Shown one piece after another: positions 43,204-50,311 of a DNA stretch of 64,000 nucleotides. The stretch is from SAR202 cluster bacterium (GTDB taxonomy: Bacteria > Chloroflexota > Dehalococcoidia > Lucifugimonadales > Australimonadaceae). The position numbers and the translations under genes were made by a program. Position 1 is the first letter of the stretch; every line of letters begins with the position of its first letter. The notes beneath the pieces were generated by a model. That model was not told the origin of the DNA. It did no database searches and was given only the letters and a program-made list of their open reading frames with translations. The DNA is taken from assembly GCA_016872415.1 (NCBI GenBank), contig VGZX01000005.1, forward strand, positions 5,210 to 69,209, in the 5' to 3' direction.

Positions 43204-43228
43204 GGAACGGATTCCTCGCGTTAACGTC
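43204..43228 (+). promoter_or_regulatory. ECF-type promoter candidate GGAAC-N16-CGTC facing the methyltransferase gene
   Basis: tctGGAACggattcctcgcgttaaCGTCagg. A sigma70-like TAGAAT at 43277-43282 is an alternative promoter. Confidence 0.3.
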
Positions 43229-43308
43229 AGGACACGCCCATCGCCGCGCCACCCCGCGCCGGCCGCGCGGGTGCGCTAGAATGCCCGTCAAACCACCGGA
43301 GGGCCGCC

Positions 43309-44097
43309 ATGGCAATATCCCCGAAGCCCCAGCGCAGCGCTCGCGAGCAGTTCGGCGCCACGGCGGCCAACTACACGGTCAGCGCCGGCCACCGCGGCGG
43401 CGAAAGCCTCTCGGTCGTCACCGAGCTCATCGCCAAGGGCGGCCGCCGCTTCGACCGCGCGGTCGACATCGCCACCGGCCCCGGCTTCACCGCGTTCGCC
43501 GCCGCGCCCCATGCCGGCAGCGTGCTCGCGACCGACCCCACGCCGCAAATGCTCCGCGAGGTGCGGAAGCTCCGCCGGGAGCGCGGCATCGCCAATGTGG
43601 GCATGGCCCTCGTCGTCGCCGAAACCCTGCCCTTCGCTGACGAATCGCTCGACCTGGTGACGTGCCGCACCGCGCCGCACCACTTCCTCGACGTGCCCCG
43701 CTGGCTCGGCGAGTGCCGCCGCGTCCTGAAGCCGGACGGGGTGTTCGTCCTCGCCGACACGTGCGCCCCCGAAGACCCCGAGCTCGCCGCCTGGATGAAC
43801 GACATGGAGGTGCGCCGCGACCCCAGCCACGTCCGCAACTACGCGCCCTCCGAATGGGTGCGGCTCGTGCGAGAGGCCGGCCTCGACGTGACCGACGAGG
43901 CGTTGTGCATCCTCAACCAAGAGATGCCGGATTGGGCGCACCGCTCCAATAGCACCCCGGCAATGACCGAGGAGTTGGCGCGCGACTTCCGGAACGCCTC
44001 GCCCGCGGCGAAGGAGCACTTCGCGATCGCGCCGCGCGACGATGGCACCATCGGCTTTCGTTGGTTCGTGGCGATCTTGCGGGCCGAGAAGCCCTAG
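43309..44097 (+). CDS. class I SAM-dependent methyltransferase (Methyltransf_11-like)
   Basis: VDIATGPGFTAFAAA, LPFADESLDLVTCRTAPHHF and LKPDGVFVLAD. GGAGGG RBS. Confidence 0.85.
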   Translation: MAISPKPQRSAREQFGATAANYTVSAGHRGGESLSVVTELIAKGGRRFDRAVDIATGPGFTAFAAAPHAGSVLATDPTPQMLREVRKLRRERGIANVGMALVVAETLPFADESLDLVTCRTAPHHFLDVPRWLGECRRVLKPDGVFVLADTCAPEDPELAAWMNDMEVRRDPSHVRNYAPSEWVRLVREAGLDVTDEALCILNQEMPDWAHRSNSTPAMTEELARDFRNASPAAKEHFAIAPRDDGTIGFRWFVAILRAEKP

Positions 44098-45287
44098 TCG
44101 GCGGTCGCCCGCCCCGCGTAAACGCGCTGCGCCGCCGCCACGCTGGCGCCCACCGCCACCTCGTAGTCGTTGGCCTGCAGCGCATCCTCGAACGCGGAAA
44201 GAAACGTGAAAACGGTGGACGGCGAGCTGTTGTAGCCCATCAGTCCCACCCGCCACAGCTTGCCCGCCTGTTCGCCCAGCCCGGCGCTGATCTCGACGTT
44301 GTGCTTTGTCAGCAGGTGCCGCTTGACGGGCGCGTCGCTTATGCCGTCCGGCACGCGGATGGCGGTCAGGCTCGGCAAGCGGTGACCCTCGGGCGCGAGC
44401 AGGCTCAGGCCAAGCGCCTGCACGCCCGCTCGCAGCGCCGCGCCATGCAGCTCATGGCGCCTCCAGCTCTGCTCCAAGCCCTCTTCCAGCAGGATACGCA
44501 GCCCCTCGCGCAGCGCGTAAATCATGCTGATGGGCGCCGTGTGGTGATACGCCCGCTCGTGCCAATACTGGCGCAGCTTCGTCAGGTCGAAATAGAAGCT
44601 CACCACCGGGCTCTGACGCCCCTCCATCGCTTCCACCGCCCGATCGCTCATTGTGATGGGCGATAGCCCCGGAGGACAGGCCAGGCACTTCTGCGTGGCG
44701 CTGTAGCAAATGTCGACGCCCCAGTCGTCGATGCGCAGCTCGCTGCCGCCCAGCGACGTCACGGCATCGACGATCAGCAGCGCGCCCGCCTCGTGCGCCA
44801 CCTCCGCCATTTCGCGCACCGGCGACAGCACCCCGGTCGACGTCTCGGCGTGGACCATCGCCAGCGCCTTCACCCGTGGCAGGCGGCGCAGCTCGTCGCG
44901 CACGCGGCCGACATCCACCACTTGCCCATAGGAATGCGTGACGGTGACCACGTTGGCGCCAATGCGCGAGCCAATGTCCACCAGGCGCTGGCAGAAGTAG
45001 CCGTTCGCGGCGACGACCAGCGTGTCGCCGGCCTCCAGCACGTTCACCAGCGAGGCTTCCATGCCCGCCGTGCCGGTTCCGGACACGGGCAATGTGATCG
45101 TGTTGCTCGTCTTGAACGTGAGGCGCAACATCGCCCGCACGTCGTCCATGATCTGTAGGAAGTCGGGGTCCAGGTGGCCGAGCAGCGACGCGGTCATCGC
45201 CCGCAGCACCCTTGGGTGAGGATTCGCGGGGCCCGCGCCCAACAGCAGCCTGGCAGGCGGGGCAAGCTCGGTCATATGGCGTTCCAT
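44094..45287 (-). CDS. class V aminotransferase (alanine-glyoxylate / serine-pyruvate aminotransferase family)
   Basis: LLLGAGPANPHPRVLRAM, HAETSTGVL, DAVTSLGG and YSATQKCLACPPGLSPI (PLP-lysine block). Start at ATG 45287 after GAAGGA; ATG 45275 is an alternative. Confidence 0.85.
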   Translation of the reverse strand: MERHMTELAPPARLLLGAGPANPHPRVLRAMTASLLGHLDPDFLQIMDDVRAMLRLTFKTSNTITLPVSGTGTAGMEASLVNVLEAGDTLVVAANGYFCQRLVDIGSRIGANVVTVTHSYGQVVDVGRVRDELRRLPRVKALAMVHAETSTGVLSPVREMAEVAHEAGALLIVDAVTSLGGSELRIDDWGVDICYSATQKCLACPPGLSPITMSDRAVEAMEGRQSPVVSFYFDLTKLRQYWHERAYHHTAPISMIYALREGLRILLEEGLEQSWRRHELHGAALRAGVQALGLSLLAPEGHRLPSLTAIRVPDGISDAPVKRHLLTKHNVEISAGLGEQAGKLWRVGLMGYNSSPSTVFTFLSAFEDALQANDYEVAVGASVAAAQRVYAGRATAD

Positions 45288-45483
45288 GAGCCGATTCCTT
45301 CGATAACGATGCGGCATTCGCTACGGAATTTGCGGCATTATAGCAGCAGCGCATGTGGGGGAAACCGCGCCCGCCCGTCGAATCCCCGCGCGGCCTGGAA
45401 CCGCGAACCACCGGCGCCATCCCGACGCGCGAGGTGCGCCCACGTGCGCCGCCCCCACTCCACGGTCAACACGTCTGGTCGCT

Positions 45484-45723
45484 ACCTATTTTGTATATCG
45501 ATTAGATTTTCTACTACATTTTGTAGTTATATCGCTGCCATTGTCGAGCCGTGTTGCCGGCGTGCAACGGCGTGCCTCCCGGCCGCGGCCCAGGCCGAAT
45601 TTCATGCTGGCGACGCGGCCTCTATCGAGCTAACCTCACTCGCAAACAATTAGTCGAAAATCTATGTAATTGGATAAGAAAAGCTATTGAAGCGCATCTA
45701 TGCCAAAGTTAGTGTTCTCCACA
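45484..45723. other. two AT-rich patches with short direct and inverted repeats upstream of rsmH
   Basis: ATTTTGTA at 45488 and 45518, each followed by TATCG. TAGATTTTC at 45503 and its reverse complement at 45656. DnaA-box-like TTCTCCACA at 45715 and TTATCCAAT on the reverse strand at 45669-45677. Confidence 0.6.
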
Positions 45724-45767
45724 TCCTCGGCCCGGCTCCCAAGTTTCACCGTTACGGGTGGTTCGCG

Positions 45768-46670
45768 ATGCAGCACGACCACATATCGCCGGATGCCGAT
45801 GCGCGCACCTATCACCAGCCGGTGATGCTGGAAGAGGTGCTGTGCGGCCTCGACGTGCGCGAAGGCGGCAACTACATCGACTGCACCCTTGGAGACGCGG
45901 GCCACGCAATGGCGATCCTCGAGCGTAACGGCGACGGCCGCTTGCTCGGCCTCGACGCCGACCCGGAGGCGACCGCCACCTGCCGGCAACGGCTCGCCCG
46001 CTTCGGTGGCCGGGCGGTGGTGGTGAACGCGAACTTCGAGGACTTGGAGCCCATCGCGCAGGCTCACGGCTTCGTCCCGGCCGACGGCGTGCTCTTCGAT
46101 CTCGGCCTGTCGTCCCGCCAGCTCGACGCCGAAGAGCGCGGCTTTTCGTTCCGCCGCGCCGATCCGCTCGACATGCGGTTCACTCCCAGCGCCAGCGCCA
46201 CCGCGGCAGACATCGTCGACACGAGCAGCGAGGAAGAGTTGGCGGACATCCTCTACCAGTTCGGCGAGGAGCCTCGGTCGCGCCGCATCGCCCGGGCCAT
46301 CGCCGCCGCCCGGCCCATCGCCAACACCATGGAGCTTGCTGAAGTGGTGCGCCGCGCGTCCGGCTATGGGCGTGGCCGCACGCACCCCGCCACGCGCACG
46401 TTCCAAGCCCTCCGCATCGCCGTCAACCGCGAGATGGAGCGGTTGGAAGCGGGCCTCGCCTCCACCGGGCGCGTGCTGGCCCACGGCGGCCGCATGGCCG
46501 TGATCGCCTATCACAGCGGCGAGGACCGGATCGTGAAGCGGTTTCTGGAGCGCGAGCAAGGCATGGGCTTCCGGCGCCTGACGAAGAAGGTCATTAAGCC
46601 CAGCTCGGTTGAAGTGCGGCAAAACCGCCGCGCCCGCAGCGCGCGGCTCCGGTTGGCGGAACGAGTCTAA
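45768..46670 (+). CDS. rsmH: 16S rRNA (cytosine1402-N4)-methyltransferase
   Basis: HQPVMLEEVL, DCTLGDAGHA, DGVLFDLGLSSRQLD, FQALRIAVNRE and AYHSGEDRIVK. ATG at 45768. Confidence 0.9.
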   Translation: MQHDHISPDADARTYHQPVMLEEVLCGLDVREGGNYIDCTLGDAGHAMAILERNGDGRLLGLDADPEATATCRQRLARFGGRAVVVNANFEDLEPIAQAHGFVPADGVLFDLGLSSRQLDAEERGFSFRRADPLDMRFTPSASATAADIVDTSSEEELADILYQFGEEPRSRRIARAIAAARPIANTMELAEVVRRASGYGRGRTHPATRTFQALRIAVNREMERLEAGLASTGRVLAHGGRMAVIAYHSGEDRIVKRFLEREQGMGFRRLTKKVIKPSSVEVRQNRRARSARLRLAERV

Positions 46671-46723
46671 ACACGGCAATGAGCGGGCCGGCGACGGCCC
46701 GCCATGCGAGGAACAAGGCGCAT

Positions 46724-47992
46724 ATGGCACCAGTGCGAGAGCAGCTGTACGCCGCCATCGACGTCGGCACCACGAAGGTGGCGACGCTGGTGGCCCGTGT
46801 CGGCGCCAGTGGCGCCATCGAGGTGGTCGCGGTCGGCCGCGCGTCGTCGGAAGGCATGAAGAAGGGAATGGTCGCCGACGCTGACGCGCTCACCCAGTCG
46901 GTGCGAGCTTCCGTCCGCTACGCCGAGGAGATGCTGGGTCACCCCATCCCGTCCGCGTTCGTCGGCATCACCGGCGCGTTCCTCGTCAGCGAGAACGTGA
47001 CGGCGCGCATGTCGGACGGCGGACAGCAGCCGGTCTCGGAACGCGACGTCGACAGGCTGATCGAGGACACCGTCGCGGAATACGGCGCGCGGCGCCCGGT
47101 TCTGCACGTCATACCCCGCATGTACCAGGTGGGCGGCGTTCGCAACGTCCGCAACCCCCTCGGGCTCAACGGCGCCGGCCTCGCCACGCAAGCCCACGTC
47201 GTCTACGGCGCGCCGGAGCCGATCGCATTGCTCAACAAGGTCATGGCCGACGCAGGCGTGAAAGTGCGCGGTTTCATTATTGAGCAGCTCGCGAGCGCCG
47301 AGGCGGTGCTCACCGCCGACGAACGTGAGATCGGCGCGGTCCTCGTCGACATCGGCGGCGGCACCAGCGACCTCGCAGTCTACAAGGAAGGCACGCTGGC
47401 CCACAGCGCGGTCATCCCCGTCGCCGGCACCCAGTTCACCACCGACCTCGTCATCGGCCTGGGCATCACGCCCGCCGCCGCCGAGGCCACGAAGCTCCAC
47501 TTCGGTTCGTGCGACACGATGGGCGTGAGCGAGAAGGAGTCGGTCAATGTCGACACCGGCATGGCCGGCCACACGCGCCCCGTGTCGTGCTTCCACATCA
47601 ACAAGCTGCTGCGCGACCGCGCCATTGAGCTGACCCGCCTGGTGCTGTTCAAGCTGCGCGAGGGCGGCTTCGACCGTGTCCCCGCCTCCGGCATCGTGCT
47701 CACTGGCGGCAGCGCCAATCTGCGCGGCCTGGCCGAGGTGATGCGGGAATACGCCCATTGCCGTGTTCGCGTCGGCACGCCACTGGCCGCCTTCGGCCTG
47801 CCCGACGAGCTGCGCGAATCGGCCTTTTCCACCGGCGTCGGGTTGCTCGCCTGGGGTATACAGCGGCGTCACGCCGGCGCCGTCGCGCCCGCCATCACCG
47901 TGTCGGAGCCGGTGTCGAGCAAGCTGCGCGGCTGGCTCGCGTCGCGGTTCCACTGGAAGCGTTCCGAGAAGTCGTTGAGCGCACTCGCATGA
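46724..47992 (+). CDS. ftsA: cell division protein FtsA
   Basis: LYAAIDVGTTKVATLVAR, GMKKGMVAD, VLVDIGGGTSDLAVY and GIVLTGGSANLRGL. ATG at 46724. Confidence 0.9.
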   Translation: MAPVREQLYAAIDVGTTKVATLVARVGASGAIEVVAVGRASSEGMKKGMVADADALTQSVRASVRYAEEMLGHPIPSAFVGITGAFLVSENVTARMSDGGQQPVSERDVDRLIEDTVAEYGARRPVLHVIPRMYQVGGVRNVRNPLGLNGAGLATQAHVVYGAPEPIALLNKVMADAGVKVRGFIIEQLASAEAVLTADEREIGAVLVDIGGGTSDLAVYKEGTLAHSAVIPVAGTQFTTDLVIGLGITPAAAEATKLHFGSCDTMGVSEKESVNVDTGMAGHTRPVSCFHINKLLRDRAIELTRLVLFKLREGGFDRVPASGIVLTGGSANLRGLAEVMREYAHCRVRVGTPLAAFGLPDELRESAFSTGVGLLAWGIQRRHAGAVAPAITVSEPVSSKLRGWLASRFHWKRSEKSLSALA

Positions 47993-48096
47993 ATTCCGGG
48001 ATCGATGAGCGGCAACCGTTTTGCGGGCCGCTTTACGCATAACGCAAGAGGCCGTCACGGGCCAAGCGAAGCAATTAGCAGAAGGGGGTTGGAGCC

Positions 48097-49191
48097 ATGG
48101 CAGAGTCCTACGGGTTGGGCCAGACGGTCGAAGGGCTGGCGAATGTGAAGGTCATCGGTGTCGGCGGCGGCGGATGCAACGCGGTGAACCGCATGCTCCG
48201 CGAGCGCATTCCGGGCGTGGAATACCTGGCGGTGAACACGGATGCCCAGCACCTGATGCGGCTGGACGTGCCCCTGAAGATTCGCATTGGCGACAAGCTC
48301 ACCCGTGGCTTGGGCGTCGGCGGCAACCCCGAGATCGGCCGCGCCGCCGCCGAGGAGTCCCGCGAGGAGCTCTATGAAGCCGTGCGCGGCGCCGACATGG
48401 TCTTCGTCGCCGCCGGCATGGGCGGCGGCACCGGCACCGGCGCGGCCCCCATCGTCGCCGAGATCGCCAAGGAAACCGGTGCGCTCACCATCGGCGTCGT
48501 CACCCGCCCCTTCAGCTTCGAGGGGCGCCGCCGCGCGAAGAACGCCGACGACGGCCTCGCTCACCTCAAGGAGCATGTCGACACCCTGCTCGTGATCCCC
48601 AACGACCGCCTGACGCACATGTGCGACGAAAAGGTGACCACCGAAAGCGCCTTCAAGATCGCCGACGACGTGCTGCGCCTGGGCGTGCAGGCCATCGCCG
48701 AGCTCGTCACCTCCGCCGGCGAAATCAACGTCGACTTCGCGGACGTGAAGACCATCATGAGCAACGCCGGCCCCGCCTGGATGTCCATCGGCAACGGCCG
48801 CGGCGAGCACCGCGCCGTCGACGCCGTCAAGGCGGCCATCAACAGTCCCATGCTCGACGTCAGCATCGAGGGCGCCCGCGGCGTCCTGTTCAACATCACC
48901 GGTGGCACTGACCTGACCCTCCGCGAAGTGCAGGCCGCGGCCGATGTCATCAGCCGCGTCGTCGATGCCGAGGCCAACATCATCTTCGGCATGACCACCG
49001 ACCTGAAGATGGACGACGAGATCCGCCTCACCATCATCGCCACCGGCCTGCCCGCCGCCGTGCCGCAGGCCACCCTCCGCGACGACAGCATCTCCGAGTT
49101 CCTGCGGCAGACGCTCGGCACCGAAAGCCAGTTGGACCTGCCTCCGTTCCTGCGGCCGAACAGCGGCAACAAGAACCCGTTCCGTCGCTAG
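48097..49191 (+). CDS. ftsZ: cell division GTPase FtsZ
   Basis: [44 protein letters not shown] and NVDFADV. Confidence 0.97.
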   Translation: MAESYGLGQTVEGLANVKVIGVGGGGCNAVNRMLRERIPGVEYLAVNTDAQHLMRLDVPLKIRIGDKLTRGLGVGGNPEIGRAAAEESREELYEAVRGADMVFVAAGMGGGTGTGAAPIVAEIAKETGALTIGVVTRPFSFEGRRRAKNADDGLAHLKEHVDTLLVIPNDRLTHMCDEKVTTESAFKIADDVLRLGVQAIAELVTSAGEINVDFADVKTIMSNAGPAWMSIGNGRGEHRAVDAVKAAINSPMLDVSIEGARGVLFNITGGTDLTLREVQAAADVISRVVDAEANIIFGMTTDLKMDDEIRLTIIATGLPAAVPQATLRDDSISEFLRQTLGTESQLDLPPFLRPNSGNKNPFRR

Positions 49192-49206
49192 CACGCGAAA
49201 GGCATC

Positions 49207-49236
49207 GGGGTCCCACGGCGGCCGCCGTGGGACCCC
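49207..49236 (+). terminator. perfect 30-nt GC-rich palindrome right after ftsZ
   Basis: GGGGTCCCACGGCGGCCGCCGTGGGACCCC, 16 nt after the ftsZ stop. No U-tract. Confidence 0.5.
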
Positions 49237-49283
49237 CTAGAAACGACAACAAGGTCCGGACCCCCCCTCTCCCCGGACCTTCC

Positions 49284-49400
49284 CCGGAATAGTCCTTCCC
49301 CAGGCTGTTCCAGTTCTCTCTTCCGACCGCTCCTGTGCGCCATGGGAAGCGGTCAAGACCCGGGCCCTGCAGCACCCACTGCGGGGCCACTCTTTTTAAC
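49284..49400 (+). repeat. pyrimidine-rich intergenic element, copy A, ending in an intrinsic terminator (candidate sRNA or 3'UTR element)
   Basis: Homologous to 53106-53222. CU-rich blocks (tccttcccc, ttccagttctctcttccg), then an 8-bp stem 49363-49370/49381-49388, then ACTCTTTTTAACCC. An upstream hairpin at 49253-49279 has the loop ACCCCCCCTCTCC. Confidence 0.6.
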
Positions 49401-49530
49401 CCTCGTTAACCATCGCGAGCGGCTCCCGCCCGCTAGCCGCTGCGCTTGCCACCGGTTCTGCATTCCTACTACTGGTTGTGCTAATCCCCGCGCATATCTC
49501 CTAGAGTTGCGAAAATTCGCTCGCCCACCC

Positions 49531-49559
49531 TTGACTTTGCTCGCCCGGCTTCCGAGAAT
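49531..49559 (+). promoter_or_regulatory. sigma70-like promoter for nrdR-nrdJ (TTGACT-17 nt-GAGAAT)
   Basis: TTGACT at 49531-49536, a 17-nt spacer, and GAGAAT at 49554-49559. Confidence 0.5.
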
Positions 49560-49607
49560 GGCGCTCGTAATCAGCGGCCACCGTCCCTAGTAGCCGCCGC
49601 ACCTTAA

Positions 49608-49623
49608 AATACTATATATTGGC
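49608..49623 (+). promoter_or_regulatory. NrdR-box-like palindrome
   Basis: aatACTATATATTggc compared with the consensus acaCwAtATaTwGtgt, about 85 nt upstream of the nrdR ATG. Only one box was seen. Confidence 0.45.
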
Positions 49624-49706
49624 GCCACCACTACCGAGTTCACCGGATCCCCGTGTGGCCGTCCTCCACGGCCACGCGGGGTCCGGTTGAGAAACCCCGG
49701 AGGCGC

Positions 49707-50300
49707 ATGCGCTGTCCGAACTGTGGAGACCCCGACTCTCGCGTTACCGACTCGCGCGACACCGGCGATGAGATCCGCAGGCGCCGCGAGTGCGCGCAGT
49801 GTGGCGTGCGCTTCACCACCTACGAGCGCGTCCAGCGCGCCGCCCTCATGGTGGTCAAGCGCGACGGCCGCCGCGAGGAGTTCAACCGCGAGAAGCTCAT
49901 CCGCAGCATCCGGCTCGCGTGCGTCAAGCGCCCGCTGCCCACCGGCGTCATTGAAAAAGTGGTCGATGAGATCGAGAGTGACCTGCAGCGCCTCGGACGC
50001 GCGGAGGTGCCTGCCACCGTCATCGGCGAGGCCACGCTCGACAAGCTGCGCGAGATCGACACCGTCGCCTACATCCGCTATGCCAGCGTCTACCGCGATT
50101 TCGACGACGCCAGCGGTTTCATTCGCGAGATCCAGGCGCTCCAAGAAGAGGAGCAGGCGGAGGCCATGCGCGCCTTCGCGAGCCAGCTGCCGCTGATCCC
50201 CAACGAATTCCAGATCCCACCGAAACCGCGCGCGCGCCGTGGCCGCCGTCCCAGCATGACTCCTCCGGTCCGCGAGAACGGCGCCGTCGAGGTGAGTTAG
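49707..50300 (+). CDS. nrdR: transcriptional repressor NrdR (zinc ribbon plus ATP-cone)
   Basis: MRCPNCGDPDSRVTDSRDTGDEIRRRRECAQCGVRFTTYERV, followed by an ATP-cone. GGAGG RBS. Confidence 0.95.
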   Translation: MRCPNCGDPDSRVTDSRDTGDEIRRRRECAQCGVRFTTYERVQRAALMVVKRDGRREEFNREKLIRSIRLACVKRPLPTGVIEKVVDEIESDLQRLGRAEVPATVIGEATLDKLREIDTVAYIRYASVYRDFDDASGFIREIQALQEEEQAEAMRAFASQLPLIPNEFQIPPKPRARRGRRPSMTPPVRENGAVEVS

Positions 50301-50311
50301 GCAAGGCCGCT

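Noticed and set aside
45687-45767. TTG-initiated 27-codon N-terminal extension of RsmH (MKRIYAKVSVLHIL..).
   Set aside because: It lies in the AT-rich non-coding island with atypical codon composition. The conserved RsmH sequence begins after the ATG at 45768.
49342-49590. 82-aa ORF in the ftsZ-nrdR intergenic region.
   Set aside because: No RBS and no recognisable motifs. It runs straight through a terminator hairpin and the nrdR promoter, and its sequence is better explained by the repeated non-coding element.
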